Source: an uncultured cyanobacterium
Lineage (GTDB): Bacteria; Cyanobacteriota; Cyanobacteriia; Cyanobacteriales; Cyanobacteriaceae
NCBI GenBank assembly: GCA_963710605.1
Contig: CAVQBA010000002.1
Location: 128,001 to 192,000 of the forward strand
DNA: 64,000 nt
Direction of reading: 5' to 3'
Of this stretch, positions 20,661-31,302 are shown in pieces. Made by a program: the position numbers and the translations under genes. Position 1 is the first letter of the stretch, and the number at the start of each line of letters is the position of its first letter. The notes under the pieces were generated by a model that saw only the letters and a list, made by a program, of their open reading frames with translations, searched no databases and was not told the origin of the DNA.

Positions 20661-21218
20661 ATGAATATCAATCAAGACTATTACCTTATTGTTGATTTGG
20701 AAGCTACTTGTAGTAACGATAAGTCTATTTCTTCTAAGAAAATGGAAATTATTGAAATAGGGGCGGTGATGCTCAATTCAACCACTCTGGAAGTAGAAAG
20801 CGAATATCAAACTTTTGTTAAGCCAATATTGTATCCTCAATTAACGGATTTTTGTAAGTCTCTTACTTCTATTACTCAAGAAGACGTTGATAATGCCCCT
20901 TTATTTCCTGATGCACTTAAAGATTTTCAATCTTGGTTTTATCCTTTTGGCAGTTATCTTTTTTGCTCTTGGGGAGACTATGACAAAAATCAGTTTAAGC
21001 TTGATTGTAAGTTATATAATATTGGTTACCCTTTTGCTAGTGAGCATCTTAATCTTAAGAAAGAATATACGGTTGTGACTAATTCTGCCAAAAAATGGGG
21101 AATGGTACAAGTATTAGAGCAACTAGATTTAAAATTAGAAGGTACACATCATAGAGGGATTGATGATGCTCGCAATATTGCCCGTATTGTTAAAGCTATA
21201 CGATCGAAACCGGTATGA
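20661..21218 (+). CDS. DEDDh 3'-5' exonuclease (ERI-1/KapD-like)
   Basis: IVDLEATC, EIIEIGAV, SWGDYD, HHRGIDDARNIA. Confidence 0.9.
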   Translation: MNINQDYYLIVDLEATCSNDKSISSKKMEIIEIGAVMLNSTTLEVESEYQTFVKPILYPQLTDFCKSLTSITQEDVDNAPLFPDALKDFQSWFYPFGSYLFCSWGDYDKNQFKLDCKLYNIGYPFASEHLNLKKEYTVVTNSAKKWGMVQVLEQLDLKLEGTHHRGIDDARNIARIVKAIRSKPV

Positions 21219-21391
21219 TAAATGAAGAATACAAAAGAATGGAGAATTGATTTTGAGTTTTTTGATTCGCAATTGCTAATTCACCGACTTTGATAATACT
21301 AATCACAATTGATAAGTATTATGTACCAAGCTAACTTTTTCCTTAATTTTTTTTTAGATTAGAAAAAGTAACCTAATCTAAATCTGTCAAA

Positions 21392-22180
21392 ATGCAACAA
21401 AGCGGATTACAAACAAAAGACAAATTGCAAAATTCCCTACTAGAATTAGGAGACTCTCTTAGTATAGCTTGGTCAGAATTTAGTAAAAACATTAAAAATT
21501 TTTTGATTCTTGTTTTAGTGATTAATTTACCAATGGCATTAATCAACTTATACCTTTCTACTTCAATTCAAACTGATAGTGATGGGGCGTTTACCTTCGT
21601 CGGAAATAAAGGGTTATTTGTGATAGGCTGGTTGATATATGCTGTTTTGGCAACATTAACTTCATTAGCTAGTCATAAGATTATAGAACGATCGATATTA
21701 AACCAACACATAGAAGTAACTACAATACTTAAAAACTCTCTACCACAAATTTTAATCACTTTCGTTGTCGGTATAATTTTATTTTTTTTAATTGGATTAG
21801 GTTATATTTTTCTAATTATTCCTGGTATTTGGTTAATGGTTAGATATAGTTTTACCGCTCAAGCCATTGCTTTACGTAATTGTGGTTTAAATTCTTTAGG
21901 TTATAGTAGCTCGATTGTTAAAGGGCGATGGTGGAGTTTATTCTGGAGATATATATTGTTAGGTTTTTGTGCTTTGCTAATTTTCATTCCAGTATTGATT
22001 GTTATGGGCATTATTGGTGGTTTAGCTAGTTTAATCAATCTTGGTGTTGTTGCACAAATATTATCTGCTTTGATTAGTAGTTTAATTGGTTATTATTTTT
22101 TAGCTGTAAATACAGTTATTTTTCTTAATTTTGACTATACTCATAAAAACAATTTACCAGAATCTTCTTCCACTTCTTAA
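21392..22180 (+). CDS. Multi-pass membrane protein of unknown function
   Basis: About 6 TMs, LIIPGIWL, SSIVKGRWW. Confidence 0.7.
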   Translation: MQQSGLQTKDKLQNSLLELGDSLSIAWSEFSKNIKNFLILVLVINLPMALINLYLSTSIQTDSDGAFTFVGNKGLFVIGWLIYAVLATLTSLASHKIIERSILNQHIEVTTILKNSLPQILITFVVGIILFFLIGLGYIFLIIPGIWLMVRYSFTAQAIALRNCGLNSLGYSSSIVKGRWWSLFWRYILLGFCALLIFIPVLIVMGIIGGLASLINLGVVAQILSALISSLIGYYFLAVNTVIFLNFDYTHKNNLPESSSTS

Positions 22181-22208
22181 ATTTTAGCGACACAATTATC
22201 CATGACTA

Positions 22209-24497
22209 ATGAGTAATTCTGATTCATCTGATAACGTAAATTTCGATCGTTTTTCCCAACAATTACAAACGATTACTAATCTGCCTGAATGCGATTATTT
22301 AGCCCAACTATTGTGGAATAGAGGAATTAAAAATACTCAACAATTAACATCTTTATTCGCTACTGGGCAACATCAACCTACTTCTTATTTAGAATTTGGT
22401 AACGAAATTGAGCAAGCTATTACTAGAATCAATCAAGCTCAAATTAACGCCGAAAAAGTTGCCGTTTGGGGAGATTGGCAAGTAGATAGTGTTATTTCGG
22501 CTTGTATTTTAAGTGAAGGTTTACAAGATTTTTTCCCTTTTAAAGATAACTTACAATTTTATTTTCTAGAGCGTGATTTATCTTGCTGGGGTTTAAACTG
22601 TGAAGGGATAGATAATTTAGCCAGACAAGATGTTAGTTTAATCATCACTGTTGGTATCGGGAGTCAGAATCTTCAGGAGATAGAATACGCTCGTAGTTTG
22701 GGTATTGATTTAATCATAATCGATCGTACTCCTATTATTAACCCAGATTTATCCGTCGTTGCTTTACTTAATCCCTACTTATTACCTGATACTCATCCTT
22801 TTTATCATGTTAGCGAAATAACGATCGTTTACAAATTACTTGAAGGTTTAGCCACAATCTCACCTAGTTTTTTCCCTCAACCTGTTAATAATCTTTTAGA
22901 TTTAGTCGCTTTGAGTTTACTGGCTACCGCCACCGAAAATTATTTATCCGCTGATGAGCGTTATTTAATTAATCAAGGGTTTATGCTCATAAAACAAGCA
23001 AAACGCCACAGTATTAATAGTTTAGCTCAACTTGGTTTTTCGATCGGCGATCGAGCTTTAGATCAAAATGACGGATTAGGACGTAAAATACAATTAATTA
23101 GTAGTATCTCTACAGACATCAACTTTATTGTTAATCTACTAACTAACTCCGAACAAAAAGAACAATCTAAACTAACTAATCAAGCCGAACAAATTTATCT
23201 TAACTGTTTAGATTTATACCAAAAAATGGTTGACGAAGCCAGAAAAATAATTAGTAATATAGATTTATCTAATACACAGATAATTGTTTTAACTAATACT
23301 CAATGGCAGATTGGTATCTTAGATTTGTTAGCTAAAATTATTTTCACTGAATATAACAAACCTATTTTATTTCTTTTACCTAAAAATAACTATACATTAC
23401 TATCTATTTATGGCTTAAATAGTATTTATTTATCCAACTTAGTTGAAGATTATAATCATTTAATAATAAACTTTGCCTTTATAAATAATCACCTGAAATG
23501 CGAATTATTAACAGAAAATATTGATTTATTTATTGAAATAATTACTCAAAAAGTAAACCATTTATCTAATAATATTAATAAGTTAAACAACTCTCATCAA
23601 ATAGACTTATTCGTTACGATAAATCAACTCGATCAAACTTTATATCAGCAATTAAAAATACTAGAGCCTTATAGTAAAAATAATCCTCCTTATCAACTAT
23701 TGATTCAAAACTGTTACTTAACTAATATTTTTCAACTAAACTTAAAAAGTACCCGTCAAAATAAACAAACTCGTTACAAAAAAACTTATTTTCAAGTATA
23801 TGATGATAGTGGTAAATATTCTTTTGATGGTGTCTGGCATACCCATTACGCCTTTGAACTTAACCAAAACGATCGTTTTGATTTGATAGGCGAAATTGCA
23901 TATAATACTTACAAAGAGTCTTATTATTTTCGAGTAATTAATTGTTATCTTCATCAGCAAAATAATTATTTTTTTAGTAACTCAAAAGAAACTATTCCTA
24001 TCTTAGATTATCGTTTTCAAACTCAGGAAAATATAGATAATATTTCTGCTTCTCAAATTATAAATAAATGCCCTCATCAATGGCAAGAAATTAATCAACC
24101 TTATCAGACTGCTAAAAAACAAAATCAACAACTTATTTTATCCTATTCACAAAATAAAACCGAAAATATTGAAAAAATATGGTTAGAATTTATCGGCTAT
24201 TTAAAATACTTATTATTAAATGATAAGTCAATTATGTTGTCAAAATTTAGTGAAAAGTTGAGTGTTAGTCAGCAATCTTTATTAAAGATATTATCTCTTC
24301 TTTCTTTATTATCAATTAATTATAGTATTCAAAAAAACAAACTAAAATTAAAACAACAAAAAGCTCATTTTTCAGCAGAAAATTATCATCTTGCTCATCA
24401 AAAATTTATTGAAATTATTAAGCAAGAAAACTTAGCAAAAAAATACTTTCATCAAATTCCGATCAAAATAATAGTTGATAATATTAATAACGATTAA
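22209..24497 (+). CDS. RecJ-like DHH-fold protein with degenerate catalytic motifs
   Basis: AQLLWNRGI, KVAVWGDWQVDSV, WGLN, LIITVGIGS, IIIDRTP, ALLNP, LDLVALSLLA, LEPYSKNNP are collinear with RecJ. Confidence 0.75.
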   Translation: MSNSDSSDNVNFDRFSQQLQTITNLPECDYLAQLLWNRGIKNTQQLTSLFATGQHQPTSYLEFGNEIEQAITRINQAQINAEKVAVWGDWQVDSVISACILSEGLQDFFPFKDNLQFYFLERDLSCWGLNCEGIDNLARQDVSLIITVGIGSQNLQEIEYARSLGIDLIIIDRTPIINPDLSVVALLNPYLLPDTHPFYHVSEITIVYKLLEGLATISPSFFPQPVNNLLDLVALSLLATATENYLSADERYLINQGFMLIKQAKRHSINSLAQLGFSIGDRALDQNDGLGRKIQLISSISTDINFIVNLLTNSEQKEQSKLTNQAEQIYLNCLDLYQKMVDEARKIISNIDLSNTQIIVLTNTQWQIGILDLLAKIIFTEYNKPILFLLPKNNYTLLSIYGLNSIYLSNLVEDYNHLIINFAFINNHLKCELLTENIDLFIEIITQKVNHLSNNINKLNNSHQIDLFVTINQLDQTLYQQLKILEPYSKNNPPYQLLIQNCYLTNIFQLNLKSTRQNKQTRYKKTYFQVYDDSGKYSFDGVWHTHYAFELNQNDRFDLIGEIAYNTYKESYYFRVINCYLHQQNNYFFSNSKETIPILDYRFQTQENIDNISASQIINKCPHQWQEINQPYQTAKKQNQQLILSYSQNKTENIEKIWLEFIGYLKYLLLNDKSIMLSKFSEKLSVSQQSLLKILSLLSLLSINYSIQKNKLKLKQQKAHFSAENYHLAHQKFIEIIKQENLAKKYFHQIPIKIIVDNINND

Positions 24498-24668
24498 AAT
24501 AATTTAAACTAAATACGATAAATTTATAGTCACCATCAAAACTATAAAAATAAGCTAAATCAAATATCGACACATCTTCAAACAGCTATAAGTAACCAAA
24601 CAAACTTAATATTTATTACAAATGCAAAGTGCAAAGGCTAAAGCCATTACTACAGACTTTATTGGTTA

Positions 24669-25032
24669 TTATGATAATGCAAAAAGAGTTTTGACTTGTT
24701 TTTTGGTTTTAATTTCTAACTGTTGCCAGTTTACTTCTCCATCATCGTCGATTAGTAACTTATCGATTGTGACAGTTTTTTGAGGATTAAAATTATGAAA
24801 ACAAATTTCAAAACAAAGTTGCCAAATATTTTTTTGTACTTGATAATCACCCTTAGTCAAATAAACCATATAACTAGGAAAAGAGGCTTCTAACTCTTCG
24901 TACTTAACTAGCCCAACCTGAAGATTCTGATTCTTTACGAATATTATCTATAACTCGAATAAAAATAGGTTGCATTAATAATTGAGCTTGATTATATTCT
25001 GACTTATTTTTGAATTTTGGTTCGATTATCAC
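24669..25032 (-). CDS. Conserved hypothetical protein, frameshift near 24912
   Basis: GTG 25032: ...QAQLLMQPIFIRVIDNIRKE...GW / LVKYEEL...IWQLCFEICF...DDDGEVNWQQLEIKTK. Confidence 0.6.
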
Positions 25033-25128
25033 TTAACAAAAATCGTTAACTTTGTTTTTGATACTATAACAAAAGGTAAACTAAGAAGTAAGAGGAAAAA
25101 AGATTAATTGTTAACTAAAGAAAAAGCT

Positions 25129-25494
25129 TTACACTTCATCTGGATGATATTTTTCTTGTTCGATCGCACTATAATAATCAATTAAATTATCTAAATTTTC
25201 TATTGAATCAGATTCAATAATTTTACCGCCAATTTGGTCAAACTCTTGACTACTAGAAAAACGCCAAGCTTGTTTAATTTTAATCAGTAAATCGGGATTC
25301 ATCTCTCTATCTTCTTTTGCTTGACTTAAAACAACTTCAAATTCTGATTGCTGAGGAAAGTTTTTATCAACGACGAATTTAATTCCATCATGACTTAAAT
25401 CAAGAGTAAACCCTAAAAATTTTCCTTGTAAATCTAGCACCCGACAAACTGCTAAAACACGACGAGAATTTCTTTGGTCATTACTTTGAGTCAT
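25129..25494 (-). CDS. PilZ domain protein
   Basis: QRNSRR (RxxxR) and DLSHDG (DxSxxG) c-di-GMP motifs. Confidence 0.8.
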   Translation of the reverse strand: MTQSNDQRNSRRVLAVCRVLDLQGKFLGFTLDLSHDGIKFVVDKNFPQQSEFEVVLSQAKEDREMNPDLLIKIKQAWRFSSSQEFDQIGGKIIESDSIENLDNLIDYYSAIEQEKYHPDEV

Positions 25495-25596
25495 CCTTTT
25501 AGTTAAAAAATATTAGTTTATATTCGTATTCTTACTACTTCCTAATATAACAGGACAAAAACCAATTAGTTATCTCTCTTATTATTTATTATTCTT

Positions 25597-26508
25597 TTAT
25601 AAAGACGAATTAAAAGAGTAAAACAATGGTAAAAATAAAGTCACAAAATAATAAACAACAGGTGCGGTAAAAACGTAACTATCTGTTCTATCTAGAATAC
25701 CACCATGACCAGGAATTAATTGACCCGAATCTTTTACTCCGGCATCTCTTTTCATCATCGATTCCATCAAATCACCTAACAAGCTAACCACTCCCACTAA
25801 CAAACCTAAGAGTAAACCATTTAAAATCCAGAAATCCCAGTTTAATAACCATGCACCAAATACACCAACCATCATACTACCGCTAATTCCAAATAAAGAA
25901 CCTTCAACAGTTTTTTTCGGGCTAATATCAGATAATTTAGTTTTACCAAAATTCTTACCAATCAAATAAGCACCAATATCCGCCGCCCAAATACAAGCCA
26001 TCGCAATAAAAGTGATTTTTAAAGCATCAGGAAAGTTCTGAAAATCGAGTATGTTTTGAGGGAAATAACCATCTAAAGGTAAGTTATGAATGTTGGGTAT
26101 AGTTTGAGCATAAGCCGGGTTTTGATCTAAGCTTACTCTTAAACGAATCCAATAACTAGGTAAATAACCAACATAAAACAATCCTAATATCGAACTAGAA
26201 ACATCAGCAATAGTAGCGAGTTTTGGTTGAAAGAGAAGATAAAAACAAATTAACGCACCAGCTAAAGCAAAAGTGGCATCGGTTAAAGTCGGAATATAAG
26301 TTGCGGTAACCAATAATAGTTGCGAAACGACTAAAGTTGTCTTCGCCGCGGGCTCAATTCCTTTGGCTTTTACTAAGCGAAAATATTCTAATTGTGCTAA
26401 AAAGACAATCACTCCAAAGCATACTGTAAAATATAGTCCACCTAAAATAATCATCAGTACAGCTAATATAATGGCAACTATGGTGCTGAAAGTTCTGGGA
26501 TAGGACAT
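25597..26508 (-). CDS. cdsA: Phosphatidate cytidylyltransferase
   Basis: WAADIGAY, ISPKKTVEG, GDLMESMMKRDAGVKDSG, PGHGGILDRTDS. Confidence 0.95.
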   Translation of the reverse strand: MSYPRTFSTIVAIILAVLMIILGGLYFTVCFGVIVFLAQLEYFRLVKAKGIEPAAKTTLVVSQLLLVTATYIPTLTDATFALAGALICFYLLFQPKLATIADVSSSILGLFYVGYLPSYWIRLRVSLDQNPAYAQTIPNIHNLPLDGYFPQNILDFQNFPDALKITFIAMACIWAADIGAYLIGKNFGKTKLSDISPKKTVEGSLFGISGSMMVGVFGAWLLNWDFWILNGLLLGLLVGVVSLLGDLMESMMKRDAGVKDSGQLIPGHGGILDRTDSYVFTAPVVYYFVTLFLPLFYSFNSSL

Positions 26509-26623
26509 TTTTATTTACTTATTTTACAATTGGCAATGTATTGAGCAATAGCATACCATTTTAACTTAAAATTCTCTACAGATAGTAAAACTAATCGAAA
26601 GAATAATCATAAACGATCGTCAA

Positions 26624-28447
26624 ATGGATAATAGCTTTGAGCAAATATCTCTACTAATGCGTCAAAGTACCCTTGGCAAATTACTTCCAAATAATCTTTA
26701 CGTTCATATTTCAGCTTTGGAATATTTAGATTCATCAATTCAAGAATATGAAAAAAAATCGAGAAATATTCTTAACAATCATCTAGATTTTACTTTAATT
26801 AAATTTAATTTTACTAAAGCTAAAATATCATATCTTACTTATCCTGATTTTGATGATTCTCCTCATCCTATTTTAACTAAAAGTACGATCGTTGATTTAG
26901 AAACCCAAACTACTAAAACGATCGATTATAGTAAATCACAAAACCCACCAATTCTTCATCGTAAAGAAACTTTTGTAACAAATGACTATTCTCACTACGA
27001 AAAATTTGCTCATTTAACAACTGTTGAAGAAAAATTAGGTTTACTAGATAATCCTCGTTATATCGGTACTCTCAAACAATGGCAAAAACTAATTGATGAT
27101 CATTCTCTTTATTTTCTTGATCATTATTTAGTTTGTAATTTGGCAGATAATCCACAAGAATTTGTCAACATTGAACGTCATCGTGCCGCTATGTTTAGAA
27201 ATAGACTTTCTCGCCCTGTTAAATTAGTGCTAGAAGCAGGTTTATTTGAGCCACAAATGAGCTTTTTTGATTATGGCTGTGGTCGTGGCTTAGATGTAGA
27301 AATTGTTGCTCTTAAAGGTCATAAAAGTAGTGGTTGGGACCCTTATTATGCTCCTTATAATGTATTAGAAAAAGCAGATCTGGTTAATTTAGGTTATATT
27401 ATTAATGTTATTGAAAATGTTGCTCAAAGAAGAGAAGCTTTGATACAAGCATGGTCATTAACTCTTGACATTTTGATTGTTTCAGCTCAAGTTTTAATCG
27501 ACGATCGACAAAGAGGTTATTTAGCTTACGCTGATGGTATTATCACCGAAAGAAATACATTTCAAAAATACTATCAACAAGAAGAATTAAAAATTTATAT
27601 CGAACAAGTTTTAAACTCTGAAGCGATTCCCATTGCCTTAGGAGTTTTTTTAGTCTTTAGAAACCCTGATAAAGCGAATAATTTTCGAGTATCACGTTTT
27701 CATTCTAATTTACAATCACCTCGCATTTTAAAACCAGTTAAAAAGTTTGCTGATTATGAGCAAATACTAACTCCTTTAATGGATTTTTATAGTAAAAGGG
27801 GTAGATTACCTCTTAAAGGAGAATTGGCTGTCGAAGACGAAATTAAAGCCGAATTTAGAGGTTTTAAACAAGCATTCAAAACTATATTACAAGTAACCGA
27901 AGAAGCACAATGGGAAGAAATTGCCGATTGTCGTCGTCAGGATATATTATTATATTTAGCACTCGGTCGTTTTGAGCAAAGACCAAGTTTTAGGCAACTA
28001 CCTTCATTAGTGAAAAATGATATCAAAAGATTATTTGGTAGTTATCAAGCCGCTTGTTTTCTAGCTGATGAAATGTTAATTTCGATTGGAAATCTAGACA
28101 TTATTCGGCAAATTTGTCAAGAGTTAAAAATAGGTAAAGCTTTTGAAAAAAGTTTTTTAATTCATATTGAGATGTTAAATTCTTTACCAACTTTGTTACG
28201 TTTATATGAAGGTTGTGCTAGTCGTACGATCGGTAGAATGGAGTCAGCAAATTTAGTTCGTTTCCATTTTACTGCCCCGAAAATTAGTTATCTTTGTGTA
28301 CCCGATTTTGAAACAGAAAAAAAACCCAAAGTTGATTCTATCATGACGATCGCTTTACAAGACTTAAGAGTACAATATCGAGATTTTGCGACAGAAGACA
28401 ATGCACCAATTATTAACGATAAAAAAGCCTTAAAAGTTAAAAGTTAA
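26624..28447 (+). CDS. DNA phosphorothioation-associated putative methyltransferase family protein
   Basis: GKLLPNNLYVHISAL, ISYLTYPDFDDSPHPIL, NPPILHRKETFV, FDYGCGRG, GWDPYY, VNLGYIINVIE, TFQKYY. Confidence 0.8.
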   Translation: MDNSFEQISLLMRQSTLGKLLPNNLYVHISALEYLDSSIQEYEKKSRNILNNHLDFTLIKFNFTKAKISYLTYPDFDDSPHPILTKSTIVDLETQTTKTIDYSKSQNPPILHRKETFVTNDYSHYEKFAHLTTVEEKLGLLDNPRYIGTLKQWQKLIDDHSLYFLDHYLVCNLADNPQEFVNIERHRAAMFRNRLSRPVKLVLEAGLFEPQMSFFDYGCGRGLDVEIVALKGHKSSGWDPYYAPYNVLEKADLVNLGYIINVIENVAQRREALIQAWSLTLDILIVSAQVLIDDRQRGYLAYADGIITERNTFQKYYQQEELKIYIEQVLNSEAIPIALGVFLVFRNPDKANNFRVSRFHSNLQSPRILKPVKKFADYEQILTPLMDFYSKRGRLPLKGELAVEDEIKAEFRGFKQAFKTILQVTEEAQWEEIADCRRQDILLYLALGRFEQRPSFRQLPSLVKNDIKRLFGSYQAACFLADEMLISIGNLDIIRQICQELKIGKAFEKSFLIHIEMLNSLPTLLRLYEGCASRTIGRMESANLVRFHFTAPKISYLCVPDFETEKKPKVDSIMTIALQDLRVQYRDFATEDNAPIINDKKALKVKS

Positions 28448-28544
28448 AAGTTAAAAGTTATTAATAGCTCTAAGTTAAAAGTGTTGATAGTTGAAAGTTA
28501 AAAATTAACTACCTATTCCCTATTCCCTATTCCCTATTCCCTAA

Positions 28545-29045
28545 CTATTCTGTACTATTTTTCTTAGCACGACGAATTAATTCTTGAGGGCTTAAATCAG
28601 CGACAAAACTCTTAAATGCGTCCATTTCTTCTTGATCAGCTTCTTGATCGACAGGGATAGAAGCATTAATCAAAACTTCTTCCATCACCCAAATCGGACA
28701 ACCTACACGTAAAGCGATTGCGATCGCATCACTAGGGCGAGAATCAATATTTTTTTCCAGATCACCTTGTTTAGTACAAAGAATGGCATAAAAAGTATGA
28801 TCTTCAATAGAATTAATGATTACTTTATCTAATTCTAAATTCCAGACATTAATCAAATTAACCATTAAATCATGAGTTAGAGGGCGAGGCGACTCTTGAT
28901 TTTCTAAAACGTTCATAATCGATTTAGCCTGTTCTTGAGTGACGTAGATAGGCAATGCACGACGTTCGGTTGCGTCTTTTAAGAGTATGATGGGACTGCG
29001 AGATCTAGCATCAAAAGCGATCGCGGCTACTTTCATTTCGATCAT
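28545..29045 (-). CDS. Bifunctional nuclease family protein (DUF151)
   Basis: RALPIY, PRPLTHDL, IDSRPSDAIAIALR. Confidence 0.9.
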   Translation of the reverse strand: MIEMKVAAIAFDARSRSPIILLKDATERRALPIYVTQEQAKSIMNVLENQESPRPLTHDLMVNLINVWNLELDKVIINSIEDHTFYAILCTKQGDLEKNIDSRPSDAIAIALRVGCPIWVMEEVLINASIPVDQEADQEEMDAFKSFVADLSPQELIRRAKKNSTE

Positions 29046-29211
29046 CAATTTATTCCTCTAGAAGAAATTAGCACTTGCATAATAATAATTATAAGGTAAA
29101 TTGACAACAGTTAGACCAATAACTGCCGAGTAAAGCGAACAAGTAGTTATCAAAATACCAAGAAAATATAATCAATAATTACTCAATCAATAATTCAAAT
29201 TTAATTAAGCG

Positions 29212-30369
29212 ATGAAATTAGTACCAGAACAATTTGTGATTACTAATGCACAACTAACCAACTACCAAAAACCGCAAACGATAACTATCGAAAATAAAAT
29301 TATTACATCAATTGAAGAGACTCAAACACAAGATCAAAGCAATCTAGATTTAAATGGTGATTACCTTTCTTTAGGGGGTGTAGATTTACAAATTAATGGT
29401 GGCTTAGGGTTAGCTTTCCCTGATTTAGAATTTACTGATATTGATAAATTGCATGATATCTGTCGATATTTATGGGAAACAGGAGTCGATGGTTTTTTAC
29501 CGACAATTGTGACAACTTCGATCGCTAAAATACAACAATCTTTAGCAGTCATCGATAAATTTCAAGCTCAACCTAAAAAAGAGCATCAAGCTGAAATAAT
29601 TGGTGTACATTTAGAAGGACCATGCTTAAACTATCACAAAAGAGGAGCACATCCTCAAGAATATTTACAACCTTTAACGATCGATACTTTAAAGCAGATT
29701 TTAGGTGATTATTCTCATTTAGTCAAAATTATCACTTTAGCACCCGAATTAGATAAAACAGGTGAAACGATCGCTTATTTACGCTCACTAGGAATTATAG
29801 TTAGTTTAGGGCATTCTCAAGCTACAGATTCTGAAGCCAAAAAAGCATTTAATCAAGGTGCATCAATGGTTACTCATGCGTTTAATGCCATGCCAAGTCT
29901 TCATCATCGCCAACCGGGGTTATTAGGTGAAGCAATTATTAATCCTCACGTTTATTGTGGTTTAATCGCCGATGGCAAACACGTATCACCAACAATGCTA
30001 AAGCTCGTTTTACAAGCTAGTAACTATGAGCAAGGTATCTTCTTAGTTAGTGATGCCTTAGCACCAATCGGTTTAGCTGATGGCGTTTATCCTTGGGATG
30101 AAAGAACAATTGAAGTCAGATTTGGTACAGCAAAATTGCCTGATGGTACTTTATCAGGCACAACTTTACCTTTATTTGTTGGTGCGGAAAACTTATTAAA
30201 ATGGAATCTTTGTACCTTACCACAAGCGATCGCTTTAGTTACAGATGCACCACGTCAAGCGATCGATTTACCAATTTTAACGATCGGAGCGACTGCTAAT
30301 TTAATTCGTTGGCAATGGCATCCGCAAAAGCAAAAATTAGATTGGCAACGATTAATGAGTAATGATTAA
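29212..30369 (+). CDS. nagA: N-acetylglucosamine-6-phosphate deacetylase
   Basis: DLQING, GVHLEGP, RGAHP, TLAPE, GHS, THAFNAM, IADGKHV. Confidence 0.92.
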   Translation: MKLVPEQFVITNAQLTNYQKPQTITIENKIITSIEETQTQDQSNLDLNGDYLSLGGVDLQINGGLGLAFPDLEFTDIDKLHDICRYLWETGVDGFLPTIVTTSIAKIQQSLAVIDKFQAQPKKEHQAEIIGVHLEGPCLNYHKRGAHPQEYLQPLTIDTLKQILGDYSHLVKIITLAPELDKTGETIAYLRSLGIIVSLGHSQATDSEAKKAFNQGASMVTHAFNAMPSLHHRQPGLLGEAIINPHVYCGLIADGKHVSPTMLKLVLQASNYEQGIFLVSDALAPIGLADGVYPWDERTIEVRFGTAKLPDGTLSGTTLPLFVGAENLLKWNLCTLPQAIALVTDAPRQAIDLPILTIGATANLIRWQWHPQKQKLDWQRLMSND

Positions 30370-30392
30370 GGAGTAAAGAGTAACAAGTTAAT

Positions 30393-30479
30393 TAGATATC
30401 TTCTTGTCTAAAATATTATTCTATTATTTTGTAGTAAGGGCTTTAGCCCTCAATAAGCATAATTATTTCCAGATATCTA
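30393..30479. repeat. Small MITE-like element with internal GTAG-type REP hairpin
   Basis: Ends TAGATATCT / AGATATCTA; internal GTAGTAAGGGCTTTAGCCCT. Confidence 0.55.
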
Positions 30480-30504
30480 TTATTAATTGTTAATTGTTAA
30501 TTGT

Positions 30505-31302
30505 TTACTGTTCTTGATAATTCCATAATAAGCCACCATCAACAACAAAAGTTGAACCTGTGATGTAACCTGCATCCTCTGTACTTAAAAAGGCAACTAA
30601 TGAAGAAACATCGTTAGGTTGCCCCAAACGATTAAGGGGAATATTTGCCAGTAAAGCATCTAATTGTTCTTTATTGTTAAGCAAATTTTTATTAATCGGA
30701 GTTTCGATCGCACCGGGGGCAATATTATTAATCGTAATCCCAAATGGACCTAGTTCGACAGCTAAATTACGAGTAAACATTTTCATTCCTCCTTTGCTCA
30801 AACAATAAGGAGTAAAATTAGGAAATGGTAATTCTTCATGTACCGAACTAATATTAATTATTCTACCAGTACGTTTTTTTTCCATTAAATATTGAGTAAA
30901 TTTCTGAGTAGCAAAAAAAGTACCTTTAAGATTGGTATTCATTACCTTGTCGTATTCTTTTTCCGTTACATCCCAAAAAGGGGTATTTATTTCTAATCCG
31001 GCATTATTAACTAAAATATCTAATTTTCCAAATTTGGCAATCGTACTTTCAACTAAAAATGTTGCTCTGTCAACTTGACCTACATCTGCCTGTGTTACGC
31101 TTGTTACAGGTTCGTCATTGTTAGCTGAATTGTTTTTTTGATGCAACTGTTCTATTTGAGTGGCGGTATCGTTTGCTCCTTCTTCGTTGGAATAATAGTT
31201 TACCGCTACTTTTGCACCCTCAGAAGCTAGTTTAATGGCGATCGCTTTACCAATACCTTGACTTGAACCTGTGACTAGTGCAACTTTATCTTTTAGTTTC
31301 AT
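30505..31302 (-). CDS. SDR oxidoreductase, glucose 1-dehydrogenase-like
   Basis: TGSSQGIG, NNAG, ISSVHE, YCLSK, PGAIETPIN. Confidence 0.88.
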   Translation of the reverse strand: MKLKDKVALVTGSSQGIGKAIAIKLASEGAKVAVNYYSNEEGANDTATQIEQLHQKNNSANNDEPVTSVTQADVGQVDRATFLVESTIAKFGKLDILVNNAGLEINTPFWDVTEKEYDKVMNTNLKGTFFATQKFTQYLMEKKRTGRIINISSVHEELPFPNFTPYCLSKGGMKMFTRNLAVELGPFGITINNIAPGAIETPINKNLLNNKEQLDALLANIPLNRLGQPNDVSSLVAFLSTEDAGYITGSTFVVDGGLLWNYQEQ

